Shown one piece after another: positions 40,528 through 53,659 of a DNA stretch of 64,000 bases (positions are counted from its first letter, which is position 1; each line of letters begins with the position of its first letter). The notes under the pieces were generated by a model, which searched no databases, was not told the DNA's origin, and was given only the letters and a program-made list of their open reading frames with translations. This DNA comes from Octopus vulgaris (lineage: Eukaryota), in NCBI GenBank assembly GCA_951406725.2, contig OX597822.1, forward strand, positions 104,408,001-104,472,000, given 5' to 3'. The position numbers and the translations under genes are program-made.

Positions 40528-40909
40528 CTAGCAGTATCGCCCGGCGTTGCTCAGGTTTGTAAGGGAAATAACTATAAAGCATTTTTAGAGAGTTATAGCC
40601 AAAAAATAGCAAAAAAATGGAAAAAAATGATGGTAAATTTTTTTTTAGTTAAAAAAGGTGGAGTTGCGTCCCCTAGACAGTTTGCGGTTTGTGTTTCTGA
40701 TTCTCGACCCCATGTCGAATTTATCGATTTTTTTCAGAACTGGGGGAACTTTTCAAAATTTTCGCTGCGTTAGTTTTGAATTATGACATTGGGCTATGTG
40801 TGTGTCAAGTTTCATCAGAATCGGTTGAAAGCCGTGGTCAGGGTGAGGGTACAAGCAAACAGACACACAGAAACACGCACAGACAAACTGCCGTTTATAT
40901 ATAGAGAGA
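40528..40909 (-). mobile_element. Non-autonomous Helitron, same family as 29421-29804
   Basis: Reverse-complement copy with TC...CTAG ends inserted between A and T. Confidence 0.9.
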
Positions 40910-41880
40910 TGAGATAGTTGGTATCAGAGGCGGTGATAAGGCACGTGTTGCTTAGGGTCGGTGTGTTGGATGGTGAGAAAAAGACCACAAATATTTTTTT
41001 AGCTTACATACATAGATAGATATACTTAGATTAGAGCTATTATATTGAATATACGTATATTATTCTTGGTTACGTTTTAACTGAGCACTAATATCTTATA
41101 TTTTTTTTTACAGCAGATGGGAAAGAAATATACCTCGGTTGCGTTAACAACGTAAACCGAATCACATGAGATTCAAAAAAAAAAAAAAGAAAAAGAAAAA
41201 GAAAAAGAAAAAAGGAAAAAATTAATAACGAAACTGTTTCCATCTTGCAAAAGCTAGAAAACACGAAAACTACTTTGATAAGCTTTTATCACTAATTTAG
41301 AAATATTGCACGAAATGTTTATGCTGTTGTTATTGTTGTGGTTGTTATGGCTCTTGATATTATTATTATTATTATTATTTAGCTCAAGGTTAGCTATGTT
41401 CTAACAGGCGCATATTTCTATGCATTTCAACCTTGATGATTTAGTGAGTTTTTCTCAGTCATCGTGTATCTATTACTCCAATACTGAACGCTTCCTTCAT
41501 TTTTAAAATAGCAGAGAAAGCATAATTTATTGCATATAGAAGACAATATTTTTTAGAATCTTGAACCCAAAATAAGGCGTAAAAACATTCATTAATGTAC
41601 TAAGTATTTACTGTTTATATTACCACTAAGATTTACTAATTAAGCATGCTGGTTGTCCTATTAATTAATTCATTTATTTCAAGTAGTAGGTTGCGAACGA
41701 TAGATGTCAGCGATGTTTGTAGTTTTCTCACGCACCAATCACCAAATCACTGCATTTTTGACAGTGAAAGTGGGACAAGGAAGTGTTTGTAAACCGATAC
41801 TAAATAAGTATCTTGAGAGATTTCGTTCGCAAATCTACGGACTTTCGGTTTTTTTTTTATCGGTGGTAATTATATTCGTT

Positions 41881-42273
41881 GACAGTCGGACTCTTACGTG
41901 AATTGTTAGAAAGGATCACAAAGTACAGCTCCCAAATTTACTGCAGTGCTTAATGACCACCACGAGAACCCAGTTTCCACAAAGCTGGATTTTCCGGGAG
42001 GGCTGCAATCAGAAAACCACAACTTTCAAAAACAAACGTTGCAAAGCGTTTAGAGTGGAGTAAAAACCTACAGAATTGGTCCTTAGTGCAATGGAAGGAT
42101 GTTATTTTCTCGGACGAGTCATACTTTACCTTATTTCCGACCACAGGCCGATTATACCCGTGGAGACAGCCAAAAGAAGCATTTAACCAAGACTGCCTTC
42201 TTCTAACTGTTAAACATGGTGGAGGATCTGTAATATCTTATTTCCGACCACAGGCCGATTGTACCTGTGGAGA
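41881..42273 (+). mobile_element. Internal fragment of the Tc1 element at 44.3-45.3 kb
   Basis: Near-identical to ~44527-44886; WKDVIFSDESYF; no TIRs. Confidence 0.85.
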
Positions 42274-43554
42274 GATCGTTTAGAGATCGTTATTATTTCA
42301 AGAATCGGGTAGTTTTTATTGACCTCACTCTGTGCAATAAAAATGGAGAGAAAAATTTTCAGCTTTGGCTAAGCAAAATGTAATTGAATGTGAAGCGGAT
42401 TGTATAAGGAGAAAGAGTCTTCACACAGAACTTCACTGTAATGCTATACAAATACGCTGAACACTAAAACCCATTTAATTCATTATGGATATTATAATTA
42501 TCTATTTAGTTATCATTTATGTTTCATCAACTGCATTTTACCTCAATTTTACCAGAATTAGTTAAAACTGTTTGAAATAACTTAATAAGATTAGTATTAA
42601 AGTCGTAAAAGATGTTGTATGTGTGACTATTTATAATCTTATTTCGGGAATTTGTTTGAATTTTAAACGTTTTGGAAATTGCTTTTAATCTGAGAGTTTG
42701 CTATCAGATGGAAGGGAAATGTGTTTTAAATATTAATATGGTTTCTAACTTCTTAAAAACAAATAAAAGAGAATTTGCTAAACTTTGGAAAAGAAATGAA
42801 AATAAAAATAAAAATCATTAATAAGTGGATTATTTCTGCTTTAAATTGGAATCATAAAGTTTCGTGCTTTATCAATTAAAAAGCAATGAAAAACAAAAAC
42901 AAAAAGAAGCTAAAACACATCTGAATGCATACAATTATAATTTGGTAAGTGTTACAAAGAACACAGTAAAGAAATTTTTGATAATATATGAGATAAAATA
43001 AAAAGAATTTAAGGTTTATATAACTCCTGAATATTACATGGTGTTACTGGAAAATCTTCTTTATATTACGCGCTCATTGACGTGACGCTGGTGAACTTCG
43101 GTGAACTCAGGCAAATGGTAACGGTGTCTTCACGTAGTCAATGTTTTGCCACTTTTTTTTCCTTGTCAGTAACCATCATGATTTGTATCTATGCGCACAA
43201 TGCATAGATGAAACGTTTACAAGAATCCTGAATAAGGGAGGATTATTTTGTTGCACCCTGTATAATAAATGTGCTTTAAAATAATCAAAATATGAGGGGA
43301 AAAATTTACGTGGTTGCTCAGCCTTCAAGTAATATCTACTAAACCCTTCATCTCTGAAATCAAAATCTCACCAAATTTGGAAAGCAGACTTAATATGTCA
43401 TCTAATTTACTCCTAACATCTATCTTATGGCTACCTTTATACGGGGACCACGCTTTTGGAATCATTCCAACCAGACATTTCCGACTCGAGAATTCTTCCA
43501 CACTTCCCGAAAAGAACACAGACACAGACACACACAGACACAGACACAGACACA

Positions 43555-43634
<80 letters not shown>

Positions 43635-43824
43635 TACATTAAGGTGAAGATGCAATTGTGTGTGGTTAAGAATTTCCCATTACGTACACTTGGTTTCGGG
43701 TTTCCAGAGTCATTGTTTAGTTTTAGGCAAGGAACATCTGCCTTAGCCATGGCATCGACCAATGCGTTATGAGTGGCTATCGTGGACAGAAACTAAAAGA
43801 ATTTTCCATCGATGACGACGTATG

Positions 43825-44086
43825 AGAGATCAGATTCTGCTGAACGATCTGCAGAAGTGATATTCGTTTATAATGATCAAATGTATGTGCTGTGTATTAG
43901 CTTACATGCTCCATTCAATCGAGATTGTCTGAATAGGAGTACGGTATTCCACACGTTAGGTGTCGAAATGGTTACGAAATAATATGAAATGAAGTGTTTA
44001 GTTCAAGGATAAAATTTATCACCCAGTCCAAGAATTAAAACCACGAACTCGCAATCATGAGGGCAACACACTAACCACTAGGCCAT
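43825..44086 (-). mobile_element. Degenerate tRNA-headed SINE
   Basis: Minus strand TGGCCTAGTGGTTAG..GTGGTTTTAATTC tRNA-like head. Confidence 0.5.
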
Positions 44087-44309
44087 GTATGCATGCATAT
44101 ATGTGTATACACGCACGGACAGACACACACATACATATATGTATCTGTGTGTACGAATATGTATAAGCATGGGCGAACAATTGAACACTTACTACACTCA
44201 ACACTTACTGTCAGAGTTGCATTATGTTGCTTTATATTTTGTGGACGTGAAACTTGAAATAACAAGAAATAAGTCAATCTGTTACTGTTGTTTTCAGATA
44301 TCAGTAGAA

Positions 44310-45333
44310 AAAGATAATTAAAATTCATTAAAACGACAGATCTATCAGACTTTCAAAGAGGTGAAATTGTTGGTGCTCGTATGGCAGGTGCTAGCGTAAC
44401 GAAAACAGCCGAAGTGTTTGGTGTATCAAGAAGTACTGCCTCGAAAGTAATCATAGCCTTTGGGAAAGAGGGAAAAACCTCTTCATCGAAAGAAAACTCC
44501 AGAAAAAAACAAAACTTTCAGACAGGGACAGTCGGACTCTTACGCGAATTGTTAGAAAGGATCACAAAGTACAGCTCCCAAAATTTACTGCAGTGCTTAA
44601 TGACCACCTCGAGAACCCATTTTCCACAAAGCTGGATTTTCCGGGAGGGCTGCAATCAGAAAACCACTACTTCCAAAAACAGATGTTGCAAAGCGTTTAG
44701 AGTGGAGTAAAACCCTACAGAATTGGTCCCTAGAGCAATGGAAGAATGTTATTTTCTCGGATGAGTCATCCTTTACCTTATTTCCGACCACAGGCCGATT
44801 GTACCTGTGGAGACAGCCAAAAGAAGCATTTAACCAAGACTGCCTTCTTCTAACTGTTAAACATGGTGGAGGATCTGTAATATCTTGGAAATCTGCCAGC
44901 TCAATGGTTTCTCTTCATGGCAGAATTAATAGTCACGACTATTTAAGCATTGTTTCTGATCAAATTCATCCTATGGTTCCGGAACTGTTTCCAGAGGGAA
45001 ACGCAATATTTCAGAATGTTAATGCACCAATTCACACAGCTAAATTTGTTACTGAATGGCACGCAGAATATTCTAGTGAAGTCGAACATCTTATCTGGCC
45101 AGCACAGTCCCCAGATCTCAATATTATTGAACATTTATGGTGTATTTTAGTAAAACAAGTAAGGAGCCGATATCCTCCACTGGGGACTGTTTTAACTGAA
45201 GAATGAACAGAAATTCCTTTGGAAACATTTCAAACTTTTTATGAGTCCATACCTCGTAGAATTCAAGCTACCCCATATTAAAATAAATTTGTTTTAAATT
45301 TTCAGGTGTTTCCACTATTTTGTCCAACCCCTG
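44310..45333 (+). mobile_element. Decayed Tc1-family transposase with right terminus
   Basis: DLSDFQRGEIVGARMAGASVTKTAEVFGVSRST, VIFSDESSF, TVKHGGGSV, FQNVNAPIH, WPAQSPDLNIIEHLW; TIR-like end TTTTGTCCAACCCCTG. Confidence 0.9.
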
Positions 45334-45341
45334 TGTATATA

Positions 45342-45500
45342 GGCAAAGGAGTGGCAGTGTAGCAAGTAACTTGCTTACCAACCACACGGTTCCGTTGCAC
45401 CTTCGTAGCACCTTGGGCAAGTGTCTTCTACTTTAGCCTCGGACAGACGAAAACCTTGTGAGTGGATTTGGTAGACGGAAACTGAAAGACGTCCGTCGTA

Positions 45501-45575
<75 letters not shown>

Positions 45576-45797
45576 ATATGCTTGTGTGTGTGCATATGCT
45601 TGTGTGTGTGTCTATTCCCCCATCATCGCTTGACAACCGATGCTGGTTTGTGTATGTCCCCGTAACTTAGCCTTTCGGCAAAAGTGAGTGATAGAGTAAG
45701 TACTAGACTTACAAAGAACAAGTCCTGGAGTCGATTTTCTCGACTAAAGGTGGTGCTCCAGCATGGCTGCAGTTAAATGACTGAAACACGTAAAATA
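45342..45797 (+). mobile_element. SINE family B, full length, with internal (TA)n(TG)n
   Basis: tRNA-like head, CACCTTGGGCAAGTGTCTT (CORE-like), tail GGTGGTGCTCCAGCATGGC..ACTGAAAC. Confidence 0.88.
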
Positions 45798-45819
45798 ATA
45801 TATTCTTTTATGGTTTTAT

Positions 45820-46036
45820 TTTTTTACTTGTATTAGTCATTTGACTGCAGTCATGCTGGAGCATTGTCTTAAAATGTTTTGGTCGATCAAATCTACACCA
45901 GGACTTACTTTTTTAAAGCCTAGTACTTATTCTATCGGTATTTTGACGAACGGGCGAGTTACGTAGACGTAAACACACCAGCACCTGTTTTGAAGCCGTG
46001 ATGGAAGGACAAACAAACACACACATACAGATTTAA

Positions 46037-46092
<56 letters not shown>

Positions 46093-46292
46093 AGAGTTTA
46101 CGAAAAAAACAAAAGTCGAGGACAGGTGGTGTACAAAACAAACAGATGTATTAGTATAACGCTCAGGAATAGAAAAAGTCTTTTACGTTTCGAGCCTACG
46201 CTCTTCTACAGAAAGGGACACAGAAAAAAAAAAAAACAAGGAGAGAAACAAGGAGAGAAAAATATGTGTGTAGTGGCTAACGATTTACATGG

Positions 46293-46333
<41 letters not shown>

Positions 46334-46491
46334 CGACGGGCTTCTTTCAGTTCCTATATATTAAATCCACTCACAATACTTTGGTTGACCCGAGGCTATA
46401 GTAGAAGACACTTTCCCAACATGCCACGCAGTAAGATCGAACCCAGAATCATGTGGCTGGGAAGCAATCTTCTTACCACACAGCCGCACCT
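45820..46491 (-). mobile_element. SINE family B, tail-to-tail with the previous copy; hosts an H1 element in its internal (TA)n
   Basis: Reverse complement of family B split by 46090-46294. Confidence 0.85.
46090..46294 (-). mobile_element. Family H1 element flanked by (TA)n on both sides; hammerhead-like motif at 46180-46215
   Basis: 36-nt motif identical to that at 3421-3456. Confidence 0.8.
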
Positions 46492-47218
46492 ATATATGTA
46501 GGTGTGCGTGTATTTATGTATGTATCTATGTGTGTATATCTTTGTGTTTGTGCTTGGTCCTGCCCTACAGCTTGATGAATGCTTTACGTTCCATGAATTA
46601 GGAGTTCCATAAAATTCTACGGATAGAACAATTACTGGATTTAGAAATGTTCGATAAAATCTTTCTGCAGGGTATTCTAGTGGGACCGAATGTCCACCGA
46701 CTGATAAAATTAGGAGAAAGCAAACGAAAACAAGAAAAAAAAGGAAAAATAAGTGCGAGCCCTGCTCTAACCACTCAATAATAAAATGCATGGAACACAT
46801 AAGACAGCGTAATATTATCTACAATAAATGTGAAAGAACAGAAAAGGAAAGAGGAAATAAAATATGCTGGCTATTAATGGAGGCCACGTTATTAATCAGA
46901 GATCTCCTTGATCAGAACTTACCTTGGGCTAAATAGCAGCAAAAAGAAAAAGCGTTGCAGCAACAAAAACAGCAGCAGCAATAGCGGTAGTGTCTTTTAT
47001 ACGGTTATTTCATAAAGATGCGACAATCCAATATAAAAATACAATATATTATTTAGCGCTTACAGCTGGTGCAAGCAAGCTATATTGACAAATTCATTGT
47101 CTATTTCTAGTCTGAAGAGGCTTCTAATATCTCAAATATTTCTGTTAGGAACGAAAGAACGAAAGACAACAATGTCATTATCATCAAGAAACTAATTGCC
47201 TAAATAACACGTACGAAT

Positions 47219-47263
<45 letters not shown>

Positions 47264-47266
<3 letters not shown>

Positions 47267-47660
47267 CCAAATTAACACACGCACTATATTTATTCTTCAC
47301 TCGTTTATTAGTGTTTTTATTTGATTATTTTAACTCATGTCTATTGCCCAGATATTGTTTATCACACATTTGTGACCTCTTCTGCGACTCTTTTCGTTGT
47401 GGAGCAAGAACACACACGAAAACGAAAAGTGTCACTGAAGAGGTCACAAATGTGTGACGAAAACTTTCCGGGCAATAGACATGAGTTAAAATAATAAAAT
47501 ACGAACTGTAATAAACGAGTGTAGGGTAAATATATATATAGAGCATGTGTTTATTTAGCACAAAAAGAACAAAAAAAAAAAGAATATCCCGAAATACAAC
47601 AAGATCGGTTTCAACACACGATTTCACATCAGGAATCTTGCAATACAAATTGATAACCGT
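47264..47660. mobile_element. Family H3 fold-back element: ~135-bp inverted arms, each with a hammerhead-like motif
   Basis: Arms 47264-47398 and 47421-47561; plus-strand CTGAAGA-G-GTCACA-AATG-TGTGAC-GAAA-ACTT-TC starting at 47435. Confidence 0.75.
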
Positions 47661-47684
47661 ATATGTATATATATCAACATGTTT

Positions 47685-47703
47685 ACAACAACAACAACAA
47701 CAA

Positions 47704-47744
<41 letters not shown>

Positions 47745-47761
47745 GCAGCAGCAGCAGCAGC

Positions 47762-47859
<98 letters not shown>

Positions 47860-47884
47860 GAAGAAGAAGAAGAAGAAGAAGAAG
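47685..47884. repeat. (CAA)n(CAG)n(CAA)n(TAA)n(GAA)n compound trinucleotide microsatellite
   Basis: Direct reading; source of the polyQ/N/T ORFs. Confidence 0.95.
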
Positions 47885-48015
47885 GTGAAGAACTGCTACA
47901 CTATGCTGCTAGTGCAGAAAGAGTTAACAAAAATCGATTTGAGAGTGCTCATGAATTTCGATCATGAACAGCCGACGAGACAGAAGGAACCATTCCACCT
48001 TGAAACCAACATAGC

Positions 48016-48592
48016 AATAATAGTAATAATTATGAATACTCTGATGCAGTATCAGGCAATGACTTTCATGGCTTCTCATCTTAACTGATTGTGTTATCAT
48101 GTACATTGTTTTGTCTTGGTATAAAAGATGGGCTACAGCAAATATTCTGCTCAATACCACAGATTTGCTTGTCAGTTGTTTGACCTTAACCAGTTGAGCA
48201 TGTCCCTTAGTGGCTGACGATATGTGCATCTCTGATCACGAGCAGAAGTAGTGGGGGAGCATGATAGCCAATTGTTGAAATGAATTATTTAGGATTTGGA
48301 TAATTCATCTGTGGAAACATGGGTGGTTCTTTCAACATCCTTAAAAAGCCTTTGTTCAGGGACCTTTTGAGCGGGATGGGCTATTCAACCCGAACGAAAT
48401 TCTAACTGGGCCCCACCTGCAAGGTCAGGTGCTATTTAACTTACCGTAAGTCACCATGTCGCGCACATATGGTTGTGATGCATGTGCCTGGTGTACTCTG
48501 AGACGGATAGTCATGTTGGATATACTGGGCTTCGTATATTTTACCCCATTGTCACTTTGATGGCATGCACTGCTCTCTCACTCAATAATAAT
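48016..48592 (-). mobile_element. Probable non-coding interspersed element bounded by TAA-like repeats
   Basis: Higher-GC ~570-bp block with AATAATAGTAATAAT and CAATAATAAT ends; resembles a repeat I recall from octopus DNA; single copy here. Confidence 0.4.
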
Positions 48593-49516
48593 GTTAAGTG
48601 ACAGTTATTAATGGGTATCGTCGTACGAGATTACGTAAACTGAACCATTTACATTCTCCATAATTTCAAATGGGAGGGCATATCGATTTCCTCGATCCCA
48701 GCCCTCAACTAATAATTGTTGTATCTACCCTGAAAGGATGAACGGCAACGTTGAATTTGGTGTGATTTGAACTAAGAACGTAAAGACGAATGCCGATATG
48801 TATTTTCCCCCGACGTCGCTAACGATTCTGTCATTCCGGCGCCTAATCCTAAGTTAAGATAATACTAACATCTACTGTTTGTTTTTTTTTTAGCGGAGAA
48901 GTCAATCTAAATTTATATGCAACACACAGTCGAGTCAATATTTCAGAACAGAAAATGCTTTAGCGATATAAGAAAAGTCAAGTGCTGCAGTTTCACAGTT
49001 GCTATGACAATCGATCACATTTCACACCTGTGTATTGTTGTGTCTGCAAGTCTATGAGGTGTTTAGTCTAGATTTTAGTCTCGAAGGAATTGAGTTTCTA
49101 TGCACGGAGCAGTCATTGCTTCGAACAATAACAACAAACTATTGTGTTACATTTATACGAATCACAATTGACAGAGTAGTGTCAGATTTAATAGGGAGAG
49201 TAAGAACACGGTTATCACACACACACACACAAATCATTAATCGTGTACTTTATCCAGATGGATAGTCTAGTTGTGATCGGTTTACGAAATCCTCTGGGAA
49301 AATTTGCTAAAGGTTTCGCAGTTGTAAAGGCGTCTTCTTTTCCTCTAAAACATTCAATTCTTATTTCGTTTTTGGATTTGGTTTGCAAGATTCTTTATAT
49401 GAGTTTGTGTGTTGAAGCATATTCTGTTGTGTCTGGGGAGAGTAATTTTCTTTTTCTGCCTTACAATGTAACACACTCACCGGTAAAATTTCCACTTATT
49501 TCATATTTTTATTCTC

Positions 49517-49553
49517 CTAAAATTTTCGTTGCGTCTTGCAACCTTTTCAATAG
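49517..49553 (-). ncRNA. Minimal hammerhead-like motif with U3-A8 covariation
   Basis: CTA-TTGAAAA-G-GTTGC-AAGAC-GCAAC-GAAA-AT-TT-TAG. Confidence 0.45.
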
Positions 49554-49899
49554 TCTTGACTCTTAATTTCTTAATTCAATTCTTAATTTCCGTCTCTCTA
49601 TGTCGTTTTCCATGGAACCAATTACTTTTGCATTGTGAAACTTGGGCCAGATCTCAGAAGATAGCGACATCCTTAATGCATCTTACTTTTTTTTCTTCAG
49701 TTGCAGAGAAAATTTGTAGAGAAGGAGGAGGTCAAATGTTAATCATAATTTGAAACGTGATGTAATAATATTTTATACATGAAATTAAACATGAAACTAT
49801 AACAGGAAAAGTCGGGCTTGGCTTTCGAGATGAATCAGAACATTGAAGATCACAGCAGTGAAGATGCAGCGAGATCCATTCGTCGTTTATGTATGTATG

Positions 49900-50245
49900 T
49901 CATTGTTCAGTTTTATTTCAAGATTTCTTGGCAATAAAGAGCTGGTTTCTAACCTAGATCCAAGGTTCCTTCATTGGAATTTCAACATCAACCACAGGGT
50001 ATTTTTGTTTGTATGTATATGTGCAAATTTGTATGTTTTGCTGTATGCATGTATTCTCCTGCATATACTTGCATATCTTGTATACTTAAATGATAAACTT
50101 ATGGAAAGTTTTACAGATTTTTACAGTTCCAGTGATGGATTGGATCTGTATGTAGTCTTCGAAGTAGCTTTCTCCTTTCTGGTTTTAAGAATCCTAATTT
50201 CTCAAGATTGGTATTTAGGCAGTGCGTTACATATCCCAGGGCTCG
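49900..50245 (-). mobile_element. 3' end of an R4/Dong-like element embedded in (TATG)n
   Basis: ALGYVTHCLNTNLEKLGFLKPERRK..ITGTVKICKTFHKFII* plus 3' UTR; TATG repeats on both sides. Confidence 0.78.
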
Positions 50246-50254
50246 ATATGTGAA

Positions 50255-50780
<526 letters not shown>

Positions 50781-51084
50781 GATAAATAGAAGCAGCTGTA
50801 ATGGATGCAATCAACATACGGCTGAATATTGAGATGAACAACATCTACCAACATTATCATGGATCACCCAGCCCCAGAAATAGCTGTTGAACTTATAATA
50901 CCTTTCTTGCACCCCTTTAATTTTTTCTGTCGTTTGTACTCAATGTAATTTGGATCTGTTAATATGAATGTATATATATATACTTGTACTTAAATATTAA
51001 TCGTCTGAATAATGTCTCCATCTTTTGCTTTCTCTCGTTTTTTCTTTATTCATATATGCATATTTTGTTTCAAATCCAAACTAG

Positions 51085-51460
51085 TACTCTCTTTACTCTT
51101 TTACTTGTTTCAGTCATTTGACTGCGGCCATGCTGGAGCACCGCCTTTAGTCGAGCAAATCGACCCCGGGACTTATTCTTTTTTGTAAGACCAGTACTTA
51201 TTCTATCGGTCTCTTTTGCCGAACCGCTAAGTGACGGGGACGTAAACACACCAGCATCGGTTGTCAAGCAATGCTAGGGGGACAAACACACACACATACA
51301 CACACATATATACATATATATATATACATATATACGACAGGCTTCTTTCAGTTTCCGTCTACCAAATCCACTCACAAGGCATTGGTCGGCCCAGGGCTAT
51401 AGCAGAAAACACTTGCCCAAGATGCCACGCAGCTACTTACCACACAGCCACTCCTGCGCC
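51085..51460 (-). mobile_element. SINE family B with an internal deletion in the head
   Basis: Family B sequence; GCCACGCAG|CTACTTACC junction. Confidence 0.88.
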
Positions 51461-51792
51461 TATAGTATGTTATAGTATGTTATAGTATGTTATATTCAAA
51501 ATATTTATTTTGTTTATCTGCACAATTGCCTCTATATCTTATATCCGTTTAACTGGATCCCTCTTATAGACACTCCTTACTCTGTGGAATGGATCCCCTG
51601 TAAAGAATTCGGCGTCTAAGTTTGTCTCTTTTTGAGCACTACTACCTTCTATACTCAGGATCTCTGAATCTCATCTGTGGACTATATATGTAATAAAGGG
51701 TGAAATTAATTAATTAATTGGTAATTAATAATTTTACCAAGCAGTTCGGTATGTTAAAAGAACCATTATCGGTAAACCTATACATAAAATCT

Positions 51793-51940
51793 TATAATTC
51801 TGAGTATAATTATAATCAGGGGTTCAGCAAAAATTTGCTTCACCAATGAAATAGTTATTTCTAACTGCTATTTCTAAATTTTGGTATGTGGTGAAGCAAC
51901 TTTTTTGCTGAACTTTATTTATAATTATACTCATAATTAT

Positions 51941-51945
<5 letters not shown>
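51793..51945. repeat. Imperfect palindrome abutting (TA)n
   Basis: TGAGTATAATTATAA..GTTCAGCAAAAA..TTGCTTCACCA mirrored by TGGTGAAGCAA..TTTTTGCTGAAC..TTATAATTATACTCA. Confidence 0.8.
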
Positions 51946-52008
<63 letters not shown>

Positions 52009-52591
52009 CTGAAAGAAACTGTCGATGGAATCGATCCAGAGACAAGTTTGGGTTTCAAAGATTAAGATCTTTGTAACTGAAAATAAAGTTGACTATGATA
52101 TAATTTCAACTTAGAAAAAACAACAACAAAAGAAAAAAAGAGAGAGACAAAACTAAGAGATATTACTGAGTTTAGAGCGAAGCTTAACCGTTCTTTTGCT
52201 CGTTGATTGCTGCTTTGTTCAAGTAAATATTAATCAGAAATGTTTTGTTTATACTGGAAGCCATTCAGACAAGTTACAAAAGGTTTAGTGTGAAGGGTAA
52301 GAAGTGTATGATTGTAGTATAACAGCAGAGTTTGTTTTAACGGTTTGGTGAAGACAAATATCTGCTTAGTGGTGTATTGTTTGATTGTAGCAGCTGGAAT
52401 ACGATAATTACCAAGAAGTTATTAGATTTGAAGAAGCGAAAATGTGCTCTTTATTAAAAATAATCTGATTCCAACAAATGGAGAGTTGTTTCTTTTCATA
52501 TTGAGACTTCCAAAGTAACTTTCGTTGCAAGGAATATAAGGTATAGATACATACATACACACATACATACATACATACATACATACATACA

Positions 52592-52659
<68 letters not shown>

Positions 52660-52889
52660 TAGATAGATAGATATGTGTGTGTGTGTGTCTAAATATACAT
52701 ATATATTTTTGTACACACACATATATATATCTATGTATATACATATGCATATATATATTTATATAAACATATATATATATGTATATATGTATATATATAT
52801 ATATATATATAATTAAGCATATATATATATATATGCACACACATATATATATAGTATTATGTATGTATGTGTGTATGTATATATGTATT

Positions 52890-53215
52890 GACAAGGTGTC
52901 CCTCAAAGCAGTATACCCGCTTTCACAACTGATGACTCACTTAATCTTAATTACTTTTTTGGTCTAACTTATTAGAAATAACGAACGGTGCCAGACTAAG
53001 CTTCGAATAAAGGAAGTTTATTCTCAGGTGCTACAAGAAGTTTGTAAACGAAGTCAAAATTTAATGCCAGTTAAATGGGGAGATCTAAAAGAGCTCCATC
53101 TACGCGATTTACCATAACTCAAATTAGAGATAAATTTAAAGCAGATGGAATTGTTCAGAATATCCACAAGAAACGGTTCGGAAGACAGCGGACATTGACG
53201 AGCTCCACAAAAGAA
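52890..53215 (+). mobile_element. 5' fragment of a Tc1/Tc3-like (DUF4817-type HTH) transposon
   Basis: PSTRFTITQIRDKFKADGIVQNIHKKRFGRQRT resembles PTRLTITRIRDKFEADGTV..SGRPRT. Confidence 0.6.
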
Positions 53216-53354
53216 ACTAGAAAAGCACTGGGAGAGCGCAGACCTCTGGGAAGCAGCTCATTTCCACCCATATATATGCATGCTGAAAATCGCCCAATTT
53301 TCCAAACCAACACTGGCAAAAACATATCCTCCTTGGCAGGGTTAAAAAAAATAA

Positions 53355-53543
53355 GGAGAGTTTACGAAGAATAAACAAAAGACGAAGACAGATGGTGTAC
53401 AAAACAAACAGATGTATTAGTATAACGCTCAGGAATAGAAAAAAGTCTTTTACGTTTCAAGCCTCCGCTCTTCTACAGAAAGGGACACAGAAAAAACATG
53501 GAGAGAAAAAAATGTGTGTAGTGGCTAACGATCTATCATGGCG
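53355..53543 (-). mobile_element. Family H1 element; hammerhead-like motif at 53447-53482
   Basis: Fourth copy; stem II GAGC/GCTT retains pairing through G-U. Confidence 0.75.
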
Positions 53544-53659
53544 CTGATTAAAAAAAAAATAACACAGCCATATGATTATTGTAGCGGTCCATCAGTTTTT
53601 CTAAGCCCTGTAAAAGAACCCAGAAGGTTAGGCCTTTGTATATATGTTTTTTCTATTTT

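Noticed and set aside
47545-48088. PolyQ/polyN/polyT ORFs
   Set aside because: Compound trinucleotide microsatellite with no flanking domain or splice support
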